DNA of 64,000 nucleotides from Girardia tigrina (taxonomy: Eukaryota): the NCBI GenBank assembly GCA_001938485.1, contig MQRK01215992.1, positions 1 through 64,000 on the forward strand, read 5' to 3'. Positions 1 to 12,663 of the stretch are shown here, piece after piece (the first letter of the stretch is position 1; each line of letters begins with the position of its first letter). Below the pieces are notes generated by a model. It saw nothing but the letters and a program-made list of their open reading frames with translations, was not told the DNA's origin and did no database searches. The position numbers were made by a program, and so were the translations under genes.

Positions 1-1471
1 TTCACAGTATGTAAACACTCAAAGAATATCACGTGATTAAAAGATATTGAGGTAAAATATAGTTGATTCAAATATGAATCACGGCGCATTGTAGGGTTAA
101 TATTATTATTTATGATATTTGGGACTAACTGTTTGAGGAAAGGTCACCAAAAAATTACTGGTCTCATATATGCACTAGGTTCAAGAGGTAGATACAGTTT
201 TGTTAAACAATTATATATTGTATACACATATTTGATTAATTATTTATTTATTTGATACAAAGAAATAAGATTGTTAAAGATGTTTCCTTAACGCTTCCCG
301 TTGGGGGAAATAAACCTTAGTAAACACTTAATTACCAAACATTGCAACATTGAATGTTCTTAAACGATGTACTTATGACGGACTGAGTACCCAATCGTTT
401 ACTGCGCTGTATACGTTGTTGTTTTTAATAATCGTCTATCTGAGTATGACGGTCAACCCGTTCCATTCAATAAACATGAAAATTAAAAATTAATTGACCT
501 AATTCTTTTGATTTTAGTGATCTGTCAATTTGCAAAAAATGTAAAATAGATTGAAAAACCCCATATCAATTTTAAATTGTGACTTCATGATTATTTATCT
601 TCATCTTAAATGACATTTTAAAGTTTTCGAATTCGAATAATCCATAAATTTAAATAATATGAGACACAATTTTTGTTACCGAATTGTTGGGAGAAGATTA
701 TAGAATGTTGATGAATTATACTTTGATGAATGAAATTATTTTTACATAAAATATTNNNNNNNNNNNNNNNNNNNNNNNNNNNNNNNNNNNNNNNNNNNNN
801 NNNNNTTCACAGTATGTAAACACTCAAAGAATATCACGTGATTAAAAGATATTGAGGTAAAATATAGTTGATTCAAATATGAATCACGGCGCATTGTAGG
901 GTTAATATTATTATTTATGATATTTGGGACTAACTGTTTGAGGAAAGGTCACCAAAAAATTACTGGTCTCATATATGCACTAGGTTCAAGAGGTAGATAC
1001 AGTTTTGTTAAACAATTATATATTGTATACACATATTTGATTAATTATTTATTTATTTGATACAAAGAAATAAGATTGTTAAAGATGTTTCCTTAACGCT
1101 TCCCGTTGGGGGAAATAAACCTTAGTAAACACTTAATTACCAAACATTGCAACATTGAATGTTCTTAAACGATGTACTTATGACGGACTGAGTACCCAAT
1201 CGTTTACTGCGCTGTATACGTTGTTGTTTTTAATAATCGTCTATCTGAGTATGACGGTCAACCCGTTGCATTCAATAAACATGAAAATTAAAAATTAATT
1301 GGCCTAATTCTTTTAATTTTAGTGATCTGTCAATTTTCTAAAAGATTGATTTATAATCCATAAATTTAAATAATATGAGACACAATTTTTGTTACCGAAT
1401 TGTTGGGAGAAGATTATAGAATGTTGATGAATTATACTTTGATGAATGAAATTATTTTTACATAAAATATT
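1..1471. repeat. Direct duplication either side of a 50-N gap (1-755 vs 806-1471); probably two haplotypes or overlapping contig ends
   Basis: Near-identical sequence on both sides of gap 756-805. The second copy lacks about 90 bp and has a few SNPs. Confidence 0.9.
320..480 (+). mobile_element. Penelope-like element 3' remnant with degenerate hammerhead (second copy ~1125-1285)
   Basis: TTAAACGATGTACTTATGACG and CTGAGTATGACGGTCAACCCGTT align to the 3' end of the minus-strand Penelope at 58.5 kb (TTAAATGATGTACTGATTACG ... CTGACGATGACGGTTAAACCGTC). Confidence 0.55.
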
Positions 1472-2866
1472 GCCTTTTTATTTCATTTTTGTGAAACGGA
1501 AAGAACTTATTTCGATACCCAATATATCGAGTTAAGAAAAGTTTGCTTCTATACGAGATCAAACATATTTTATATATAATTTTTTTATTCACTTCTTTTA
1601 TTTTTTTATCGTTAATTTTACATTAATCTAATTATTTGTGTTTATAGTTTTATAAAAATATACTTTTTTTATAACATTCTTATTTAAGCAAATTGTAAAA
1701 ACTTAAAGAAAATATTTAATCACAAATAAATAAAACAAAAAAGAAACAAAAATTAATTAATTTTACAAACAAAATATAATAGAAAAGAAATTATTCAGAC
1801 ATAAAAAAATCAAAATGAATTTAGAAATTTTTTATTTTTAAAAAAAAACATAAAATCGTTAATTTTCTTCAAATTCAGATAAAACAGAAATAAATATCTA
1901 CAAATATTTATATTGTTTCAAATGGCAAATTAATCAGTAATAAATAAATTAGAAAATTCAGACCCGAAAGTGGGAAAGGTCAAATTGGTAAAGTGACAGA
2001 AGCAGCGAATTTCCTGATGAAATTTGTCACATTCTCCCGCAACATTGACACGAGTTAATGACATTATTTAACCGATAATTTGACCCACACGGACTCGATT
2101 GTTTTTGAAAATATTTCGTAAGGAAAACAAGTACACTTGACCAAATCGTCTTGAAATTAAATTAAAGTTGGTCAATATTCTCAATAAAGATTCATTCAAA
2201 TTGACGATTGTCTTGACAAGAAAACCACATTTTACTTTAAGTGATTTGTCTCGCAAGTTAGAAATCTGTGTTTTATATTTTTGACGAATGATATATTTTA
2301 ACAAAAGATTTGTGCATGGGTGGTCATTAAAAAGGCCGGAAATTCAAGCAAATTTAATTATGTTCATTAAACCGAAATAGATCGCATATATATATACTCC
2401 AACATACATGTTACAGCTACTGTCGCAGTGTGGTCACTTCGGTCGATGTAGAAATTGATGTTAATGAAATAAAAACAAATTAGGGGCTGTTCATTTAATA
2501 CGTAATGCAAAAAATCGGAATTTTCGACCCCTCACCCCCATGTCACAAATTGTCACAAATCACTAGACCCAACCCCACCCCAAAAATGTTATATAACACC
2601 AAAATTTTTAGTTCTCAAACTTTTATTTAATAATCAAAAAAAATATTAATTGTTTCATTTCCTTCACTCAAACAGCTTTCTACATTATTTGTCCTCCTCC
2701 CAAAGGCAAGCCAAATGAGTTTCCAAAGTTTAATTTAATTTAGTTCTTTTTTGATTTACTAGTTAACTTTACAATTATTTCACCGTATTCTGAGAATTTC
2801 ATTAAAGGAAATTTTGCAACATATTTTTTTACTTATAAATTTCTTGTTTTTTTCTACATTAAATTA

Positions 2867-3670
2867 TAGGCTTTCCACTTTTAAATGTGATTTTTTTCAT
2901 TTTGAAGTGTGAAAACTTTATAAATAAATTTACTACTAATATATTGATAATAATTTAATAAATATAGGCTTGTTTCACGGGCTGAGGGAAACAATTTCAT
3001 CTTTGTAGATGAAGTTGGCTTCAATATAAGCATGCGCTGCCGATATGGAAGAAGTGAGCGTAGTCATGCAGTAATTCAGCGCGTTCAAAATATCAGAAGT
3101 AGAAATATTTCCGTTTGTTGTGGACTGCTTAAGACCAGTGTGCTGTACTATAAAAGACAAAATAGTGCTATCAATATTGAAACCTTTTTAGAATTTATTG
3201 ATGATACCGTAGTTAAACTGGCCGAAATGAATATGAGTAATATGATGTTTATTATGGACAATGTCGCATTCCATAAGACCCACCTTGTTGCAGAAAAAAC
3301 AGCTTCCGGGCATACAAATCATTTTTTGCCACCCTACTCCCCATTTTTGAATCCTATCGAGATCATGTTTTCTGAGGTAAAGCAGCGTCTTAGAGTGGCC
3401 CGCCCTCAAAATGAAGAGCAGTTATTCACCAGTATCGACTCTATGAAAATTACTATCGGCACATGCTATCTTTTATTCCGTAATGCTTGAACAGAGAAAT
3501 AATTGATGATGAAAATTATAATTAAATCATTACATGAAAGTGTTTTTATTGAACAATTTTTTATATGTTTTTATATAACTTTTTTCATCTTTTTAATTTT
3601 CACACTTCAAAGTGGAAATATTCACACTTAAAAATGAAAAAAATTCACATTTAAAAGTGGAAATAAACTG
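2867..3670 (+). mobile_element. Internally deleted Tc1/IS630-type transposon
   Basis: About 50-bp inverted repeats (TTTCCACTTTTAAATGTGA...AAGTGTGAA). The right end is ...AAACTG followed by TA. It encloses a DDE domain. Confidence 0.8.
2999..3490 (+). pseudogene. Tc1/IS630-family transposase, DDE domain only
   Basis: In-frame IFVDEVGFN ... IMDNVAFHK ... FLPPYSPFLNPIE. There are 33 residues between the second D and E; the N-terminal HTH is missing. Confidence 0.9.
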
Positions 3671-4384
3671 TAAGTAAACTTTCGCTAATTTAAATATAAT
3701 TGATACATACCACAAATTTTCTATGCGACAAATCACCAAAATTTAATTAATTCTTTTTAAGATGTGTCTTGCTTGCTTCTTTATTCGCAGAAGGTTAACA
3801 AAGAAATGAAGCTTTTAATTTTCTTAGTAGATGAATTTGAAGTATTAGTATGTGAATTCGAAAATGACTCATTGACCGAAATAAATATTTTGAGCTCAGT
3901 ATCAATGATAATTTTTTAATGTTATATTTTTTCACAATTTTTTTTAGATTCCCGATTTTTGTGCAAAGTGTTGCATAACAAATTCCTGAACCCCCACCTC
4001 CCATGTCACAAATCTTCAGACCCTCATATCCCCCTTAAGCGTTACGTATTAAATGAACAGTTCCTTATGTAAAAAAAATTGTGGGTATTTTTGTTAGATT
4101 TATTAACTTGATATTATCCAATTAAATAGTATTTGTCAGTCTTTGAGGCGAACAAGTAACCGGTCTCGGGTAAATTACTTTTCCATTAGGAAATTATACA
4201 ATCTCTACTGCATTCAGTGAACATTCTTCTATCCGTTTATCTCTTATTTATATCTATAAATAATCATATGAGTAATAAAAAAATTAATAATGCTAACGAT
4301 ATAAAATAGAAAGTATCGAACTTTTTTCAAGCTGAAACCCTTGACTTTAAAAAAATGGAATTGTAGTATTATTGCAATTATTGG

Positions 4385-5520
4385 ATATTTGGGGTGGGCT
4401 GTATCCTTCTCTACTGTTCGGGTGTATTATATGTCACTGAGTTTTTCAGAATTATCAGCTTTACACTGATGAGTTCTAAATTTCATCCCATATGCAATTT
4501 ATCTTTTTTCTCTAACAGTCGTCCGTCGAATCTATTTCTGAGCTTTGTTGTCACACAACGGAAGAACGTATTTGAATCCAAAAGTTTTATTTGAAGATAT
4601 GTCAAATGCAAAATGTTCCAATCGAAAATTATTTGATGAAAATCGGTTACCTCGACTTATCTCAAACAAGCATTGATTGTCGGATCTGTAAAAATAACTC
4701 CAAAATTTATTTGAAAGGCAAAAAGGAATGTCAAAAAACCATATGGTATACCAACGTATACCATATAGCATATGCTATCTTTTAGATTTTTTTTTAGATT
4801 TTTTTGAAAGATAGAATAACGTTTCCATCAAAGACAAAGAAGGAAAGGTTTTTTACATCAGATTGTTATCAGAATAGAAAAATGGATTCATTATGACAAG
4901 CCCAAGAAAGCAAATAATTGGAAACGTAAAGGGAAACCAGATCTTTCTTCACTGAAGTAGAATATCCATAGTAGTAAGGTTATGATGTACATCTTTTGGG
5001 ATCAGAAAGGAGTAATTTAATACAAATTATTGAAACTAGATCAAACAATCACCGGTGAAGTTTACCAGAAACAACTGATCTAGTTGAGCCGTGCTTTGAA
5101 GAAAAGCGTCCACAGATACCTAAAGATATGAAAAAGTCATTGCTTAAAATTGTAACGCTAGTCTCAATGTTTCTAAATCAGTTGATGAAACTCTGAAAGC
5201 ACTTCGCAGGGAAGTATTATTTCCCTCGCCATATTCGCCAGATGTTGATCCTTTAGATTTCCATCTGTTATTCCACACAAACTCCCTCTCTAAGCAAAAG
5301 TTTTTTCTCACTCAGAAATCCTAAATTCGCGTGACAAATAAATTATTTCAAAGGAACTGGATTTCTTCCATTGTGGATTCACTTCATTGCCTGAAAGGTT
5401 TCTAAAGGTTTTAACATTTGATAGAAACTATTTTGAATAAAATATGCTTTACTTTTAATAATATACTAATGTTTTATTTTTACACAAAACAGCGTGGAAT
5501 CATACTTATACACCCAATAT
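4385..5520 (+). mobile_element. Degenerate mariner transposon
   Basis: Frame fragments FLHQIV..EKWIHYDKP and YSPDVDPLDFHL, terminal NYFE*, and a right TIR ...CATACTTATACACCCAATA. Confidence 0.85.
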
Positions 5521-6844
5521 AATAGAATTGAAGACCTGATGTTCATATGATGATGTCTTCAATCGAAGTACTGAATCGTATAAAGATTCGTATTAAAAAT
5601 CAGGTTTATTTTGACATATACCATAGTCAAACTTTGATTGTGTTTGACTTTGATCAGTGGTATAGTGGAATCTCTCTATAACTAGATTCAGGGGACCTTC
5701 AAAATTATTTGTTTATAGACTGATTTTGTTATAAAGAAATTTAATAAATTTGTTGACCCCGGATACTAAATATGATCAAAAAAATTCAAGTATAATTACA
5801 ATTAATAAAGTTCTTTATTTAGTATTTTTTATTAATCGCATTAGATAGGATCCAAAAAATTCTGATACATTCTATATATTGAAATATATCAATTTAAAAG
5901 TTCATAGTGTGTGAAATAGGTTATCAATGTTTGTCTTTGGTTGTTCATTACTTGTCCTGCTCAATAATATCCAAACTGGTTGTTGATAAACTTTTTCCTA
6001 CAAAGAATTATCGCAATATTGAAAGAACAATATAATTTTAGTAATAAAAAATCTTGAAAATTAATAAAAAATACCGAAATGAACCAATGAGTATGATAAT
6101 AAATCGTTTGAATTCCTTTTGCTACTTTCAAATATATATGTAAATAATAATAAAATCTCCAGAATATTGTCAAATAAGTTAATAATATAATAAATGGAAA
6201 TATATAACAAATATATAGAAGAGCCGAAAGAATAGATCACACATAAAAGAGTAATTGTCAATAATAATAAAGTCAAAAACTTCTAACGTAAATCTTCAAA
6301 ATAGTTGACGAATAGCCGGAAATGAGATTGACTTGCTCGTAAAGAATGTTTATATAAATATTCAAATTAACAACTGATTTGTTTGTCAACAAGTATTGAG
6401 GGTTTTCCTTTTTTCGGGAAGATTTGTGGAAAGATTTGTCATTTAAATGGCGACCAAATTGAACATTCTTCTGGTATCAGCCAATTTTAAAATAATTATT
6501 TTATTCATCAATTTCTTCACACTTTGTGTATAATTTAATCTTCCTGTTATATCCATTTCATTACATTCTCTGGTTAAATGACAATGATTCATCGAGTTAA
6601 ATCTTTCATTCTTTGGACTAACGCAACCACAACGTTAGATTTCCCATATTTTGGCATTTTGTACTGAAAGTAACTTATTTATTTTTAATTTTATAGATAT
6701 CCTGTCCTCTTGTCAGTGATTGATCATATTTCGTTTTACCATTTCCGTTATTTAGTTAATTATTTAATTCATTTATTAAACATCGTAATTTATATTTGTT
6801 ATTTTTACTCTTTATTCATATAATCAGTCGACTCCCTTATCAAC

Positions 6845-7306
6845 CGTAGCACGTTAAAACGTCGACAAAAAAACATCGAAAAAAAACATCGAAAAAAAAA
6901 TGTCGAAAAAGTGCACAAATTAACACATTTAAATTATAAAATTTTTTGTTCTTAAATGGAAATTATAAAATCAAACAAAGGAAAAAAAATACATAATATT
7001 TAATGAAAGACTAGTTGATTTTTTAATTGAAAGGGAAAACAGAGATCCAACAACATATATATTGAAATTGGCCGAATTTATTTATTATTAAATAAAAGTA
7101 TAACATCAAAAATTTTTATATAATTTTTACATTTTTTATTTTATGTCTTTTTTCAATGTTTTTCAATTTTTTTCGATGTTTTTTTAAGAGGTTTTTAGGG
7201 GGTTTTTCGATATTTTTATTCAGTAATTTTTATTCAATGTTTTTTTTAGGATTTTTTTTCGATGTTTTTTTTCGACGTTTTTTTTTCGACGTTTTAACGC
7301 GGTACC
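6845..7306. mobile_element. Foldback/Mutator-like MITE with subterminal tandem repeats
   Basis: Inverted ends CGTTAAAACGTCGA / TCGACGTTTTAACG with arrays of AAAA(C/T)(A/G)TCGAAAA on the left and their complements on the right. No clear TSD. Confidence 0.7.
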
Positions 7307-7537
7307 ATGATACAAATTTAGAATTATTCTAAATTTGTTGATTGTGTAATATTTTATTTAATTAATTTTAATTTAATTCTATAATATCTCACATTTACTA
7401 TTCTTTTTTTATTCACCTATTTATTGATTCCATGTGACAATTGCACCTACATCTACTCACATTCTTATACTCACGTCCTAACACATACCATAATTTTAAA
7501 GCTTAAACTGTTAAACTGCATAAATAAGTAATTTAAA

Positions 7538-7568
<31 letters not shown>

Positions 7569-9019
7569 ATTGCTATATTTTATTCACTATAATCAATTTC
7601 TTAAATATGTATTTTATAGAGTACATTTGATTTAAATTTTTGACTTAAATATAATTGATTTTATCATGGGATTAAATTATTTTTATTAATAGATATCCAG
7701 GTAAACAACATCGTATAATGCAATAATAAGTACTTTTGTCGTGTTTTCTTGCAATATTTCTGAAAAAGAATATTATTTAAAAAAATTAATATAATTATAA
7801 AATGCCTCTTAATCGTTAAGGACAAGATGGCACATCAGCATTGTACAGTGCATGCAGGAAATCTCGCAAAAGAACTGTTCTCTTTCTGATAATACGAAAT
7901 TTCAAAAGATTTTATGGAAATTTTCCCTAAACAGTGAACGTTACGAAAAGGCCGCGGATTACATATGTGACGAATATAACCTGAAAAGTATGTTATTCTT
8001 TTGCTTTTAAAAATATGTTTAAATTGAAACAATAAATCATGAATTAAATATCAAGTATTTATATTGTTAGAATCGTCAGACATTTTAGACATTTTTAATG
8101 GTACAATATGAGATTTATCACTTTTCCTGTCTCAATAAAACTGTTCCTTTTATCCCAACATGAAAATAAATAACATAATTTATTTATTTCATTTCCCTGG
8201 AGTTTGGTTTTTTAAAGAGCCAAAATTTTTTGTTATTTGAAAATCTATTTGAGAAGTTTTATTTTATTATATATAACTTATTTTAATTATTTAGAAGAAA
8301 TTAATTATATAAAATATTAAATAAAATATGTAAAAATATCATAAGACTCAAAATGTTTCTTTTTTAATGGGTAAAATTGAGTAAAAAAGCAATTTAAATA
8401 TGCCGTTGTTTATATATTAATAGTTTATAAATATTATTAAATAAAGTATTTTCAAAATTTATTGTTGAAATTTATAAAAAGAGATTTAATTAATTATTCC
8501 ATCTATTAGTAATTATTAATAAAATCGGATATATCTTTGCCTTTGACAAAATTTGTTTGAAAATTATTTTTATTATTTATTCTCCATTACACGTTATGTA
8601 TTTCATTTATACTGATGTTTTCATGTATTTATATTTATTTATTTTATTTTCTGTATACTTCGGTTTATAAAATACAACCATTTATCCTTAAAAGAATGTC
8701 TCGAAAATTTGGGGTCGTGAAAATCCCATCATTAAAGTTTCAATTTTATGCTACTGTTAGATAACATGATCAATTATTTTTTGGAAAATTTTGAGGTTTA
8801 AAAGATTTTTATGACTTAAATTTGTATATCATTTATTGTTTGAAGGCTAAAATATAAATATATTTTTCTAAAAAAACGGAGGCTTAACCTATAGAATTGT
8901 AAGATTAACATAAATTAAGTTAAAAACTATATTGTAATCTAATTTCATTTGAATATATAAATTTTAAGGATTAATATAACTTAAAATCAGATTATTAATT
9001 TAATATTATTGAATTAATA

Positions 9020-9360
9020 ATCTTCGCAAGTATTCCCTGGGCCTTCTTGTATCTCAGAATCGCATCTGGAGTCAAGTAGGGTGTTACCAATAGGATTTTC
9101 CTCTCTTCTGATAATCCCATAATCTTTGAATACCTGTTAAAACTTATCAGGAATTCTTCTAATTTGTGTTCAGATCCATCAAATGTTTCTGGACCTTTTA
9201 TGTTCGGAGTACCGTGGTGTGAAGTCACCATTTATTATATTCACAATTTCGATCATCTTTATGGCAATCAATATACTTTCAATCAATCAATACTTTCACT
9301 TAATTCCATCACTCAATGTTTTAATACTCCTCCTTACAGTCTGAACTAACTTGAAGAACG
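9020..9360 (-). mobile_element. Ty3/Gypsy 5' fragment: LTR remnant, PBS-like TGGTGAC and gag N-terminus
   Basis: ORF 8995..9231 GPETFDGSEHKLEEFLISFNRYSKIMG..RKILL resembles the P..F.G..F.RY pattern of gag N-termini. Confidence 0.6.
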
Positions 9361-9581
9361 TTATTTTATTTTAAATATTTAATTTAAATTTTAATGGATA
9401 AAATAAAATTACTTTTTATAATCATTTTTAAACATTAATTTGATTTTAATTATTTAAAAATTTAAAAAAATAAAATCAATAAAATTATTTAAAAGCTACA
9501 ATAATAAAAATTAAATAATTGAGTATTAAATCTAAATTTAAATAAATTAGTATCAGACAATAAGAATTAAAATATTGATAA

Positions 9582-9674
9582 GGGGGCATTGCATAATTAC
9601 ATAACGCCAAAAATAGCCATTTTTCAACCACCCACCCACCCTGTAACGCCTGGTAACGTTTCCATAGACCCACC
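9582..9674 (+). mobile_element. Left end of a Harbinger-like MITE related to 2483-4064, cut by a gap
   Basis: TAA|GGGGGCATTGCATAATTACATAACGC followed by the C-rich CCACCCACCC subterminal block also seen in the 2483 element. Confidence 0.5.
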
Positions 9675-11719
9675 NNNNNNNNNNNNNNNNNNNNNNNNNN
9701 NNNNNNNNNNNNNNNNNNNNNNNNNNNNNNNNNNNNNNNNNNNNNNNNNNNNNNNNNNNNNNNATTTTTAACAAAGTTGAAAAAGTTGAAAATATTATTT
9801 GAAATTGACATAAAATTAATGTCAATTATTTATAATAACATTTGACATTGTCTAAAATAAATTTTAATATTTCATTAATGCAGAAATAATGACAGTACAT
9901 AAATGTATTAAAACAAAATTTTTAAAATCAACACACAACATTTAAGCATGCAAACACTACACAAAAACATCCACATCAAATATTCCTCACAATAACTGCA
10001 TAAATTGAGTAAAAAAATGATTTTTTTAAATTGATGTTACCTCTCACAAACACAATCTTTACTTTCCAAGTACTTTACGATACCTAAATAATAAAAAATT
10101 ATAAATAATAAATATTTTATAATTTCCATTAATATCATAAAACATTAAACAATGAAAGGATTATTTTTTCAAAGCGGAATAAAAATAACATCGATCGAAT
10201 AATTAATCATTAAATCAGTATAAAGAAGCTAAAATATAAAGTTTTCCATGAAAAAAATAATCTTTTTATCTTTTAAATAAAATATATATTTTCACGGATA
10301 AAATGATTAATAATGATAATTTTTTCTAATTTCTCTTTGTAATAAATTATCTTAAGAAAAAAACAACTGTTATATTTTTTTTATTATTTTATTAAATTTG
10401 ATAAATGAAAATAAAAATGAAAAAAATATTTTCTTTGTGTAAAATATATTGATCTTTTTTTTCGTTTTTTTCCAAAATATTTTCCTTTGTTCTTTGATAA
10501 GATTTTATTTGCCTTTTATATACATTAAAGAGGAATTTTAGAATGCCCAAGGTATTTATTTGGCAGTTGAATTAGGAATCACACCAATGGGGTATTGAAA
10601 ATCATAAATTATCAAAATCAAATTAGTGATTTATCTCAATAATTTTGAAGGCTTATGTGACATTCTTTCCTTTGGGAATACCATTTACAAACTTGATTAA
10701 TAGGAAAAATCAATTGAAAACGTCCATGGACTTATCAAATTATAAGTGACAAATGCTGATTTGTTCACCATTTGCTTCTTTATATCATTTCTGGATTACC
10801 CAGATTCTGCTTTCCTATCTTCTTGAGAAAAATAAATAATTCTCATTTAAAATCTAAATTTTTTCCAAGGAAAAGTTAATATAATTTTGTTTTAATCGAA
10901 TGAATATGTGAAATTTTGTACGTTTTAAAGAATGTTTTTGTTGTTATTTTCAGGTTTTCAATAAAGGGCCCATAGGGGACCTCTTAACCTCGTAGATTAT
11001 TATTGTCATTTTTGACATTCCCTACCTTTCATCTTTCATTGTCAAAGGGTAAATTTTTTAACTTTGTTTAAATGAAATCGTGTCCACTTTATGTTTGACT
11101 TCCTCAATATTTGTAAAAATTGCTTATTTTCATTTGCAATTGATGCGACAATCGCTTCTTTGACGCGAGACTCTGTACTGTCAATTACTATGAATATCCG
11201 GGCAAACGGAACTAATTCCCTCGTCATTGTCCTGTTCCACAAATTGCAATTTTAAACTTTTTTATTTAAAAATCAATAATCTCCTTGACAATATCGGTTG
11301 AATATTCCGGACGATTTCTTTACGATTTTGATTGGAATTCGTTGTTAAGGCGAAGCGAGAAATCTTCCATTTAAATCGATATTGTGTTACAAAATTCAAA
11401 AATGAACAACGATTAAATAAAAAAAAGATTCGATCGCAATTGAAATTTTATTTTGACTAAACAAACGTTGCTAAGAAACGATGTCAGTTTAGATTTCAAA
11501 TCTACAAAAAAAGATAGTTGTAAAGAATTTATTCGGATTTATTTGTATCATTTTATCTTTTTTTGCCATATATTCAAATCCCAATCTTATCCTCAATTTT
11601 CCCATCAAACGGATCAATTATCTTTTACATCAACTACAGCAATCAAATTAACATTAATTCAGAACATTGTTTTAAAGACTTTCTTTCTTGTTTTAGTAAT
11701 CCTAATATATATATATATA

Positions 11720-12239
11720 TGTTGGGATCGAGAAATTTCCTGATCGACACCAGGCCAATCCATTAAGAGGGCACTGAGTCTGATGGAAAATTTCTCGGGA
11801 TCTGAAATAAAATAAAATTATTAAAAAAATATAATATTAATTAATTAAAACTAACCTTAATTGATTTTGGACTTTGATCTGAAATAAAAAATATGATTAT
11901 TAAAATTAATTGTATAAAAAGCTTAGCTAATTAATTTCACCTTTGATCCTGAAATTAACAAAAATAATTATTATCTATGTAATTAGAAAACTTACTTGAT
12001 CCATCTGACTTTTGATCGTTGTTCATCTAAATGAAAATTTTGTTATTTTTATTTCATTAAAACAAAAACTTACTTGATTGATTTGGACTTTGTTGTCGAT
12101 AGATAACGGCAGGGGCTTATAGTTCCTGACGAAACTGTTGACATAAATTCCAGCGATCTCGAAATTTATGTGAAAATTTCGAAAAAAGGAATTACTATAA
12201 ATTCGTTTGAATCTATTATTTGTTCAGGAAGTTTTTTGT
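11720..12239 (-). other. Spliced micro-exon transcription unit (lncRNA or small-peptide gene), antisense within the putative LTR
   Basis: Four consecutive GT-AG introns at 12073-12027, 11995-11949, 11940-11879 and 11855-11802. Donors are GTAAGT, GTAAGT, GTGAAA and GTTAGT; acceptors are TTTAG and TTTCAG x3. Internal exons are 31, 8 and 23 nt. Confidence 0.7.
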
Positions 12240-12663
12240 CTAGTTGTTAATTACAAATTAATAAATTTTTCAATCTTCAGTTTTTGTGAGTCTTTAATTT
12301 TAATTTTTTAGAGGTTGATGAAGTATAGATAATAATTGGACATATGTTAAAATATATTGAAGACAGATAGATGATCAGTTGATAGTTACCGGCGGGTGCT
12401 CACAGTGCCTGCTGAGTATATTGATGATCTGGTAGTCGAAAGAAATTGTTCTCTATAGAACATCTTAAATGTCACCGTAGATGAGATAGTCTAATAATCA
12501 AACCTCCATCAACCTCAACCTTTTTTGTTGTCATTGTTAAACCTTTAATATCAATGATGGATAATTGATGAACATTTATGTTTTTAAGTTTATTTATATT
12601 CTTTTAAAATATTTAAAAATTATCCAGTGGAAATATAAGAAATCAACAGAATATAAAGCAACA
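11720..12663 (+). mobile_element. Putative LTR (~944 bp) inserted beside a (TA)n tract
   Basis: Starts TGTTG directly after (TA)n and ends CAACA. It is followed by PBS-like TGATATCA (one mismatch to TGGTATCA) and a decayed frame MDEYL*KKGLRGTQKVIGFVHW*. No second copy in the window. Confidence 0.5.

Larger units (their letters stand above)
2483..4064. mobile_element. Non-autonomous TIR element, PIF/Harbinger-like, containing a nested Tc1/IS630 element
   Basis: TIRs GGGGCTGTTCATTTAATACGTAA and TTACGTATTAAATGAACAGTTCC. TTA target duplication at 2480-2482 and 4065-4067. Confidence 0.75.

Noticed and set aside
1-1471. Biological tandem duplication
   Set aside because: The copies sit exactly either side of a 50-N gap, typical of uncollapsed haplotypes. 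The same applies to 40253-40899.
5670-6720. pogo- or piggyBac-like transposase
   Set aside because: Only a pogo-like left end is visible; no catalytic motif could be read with confidence.
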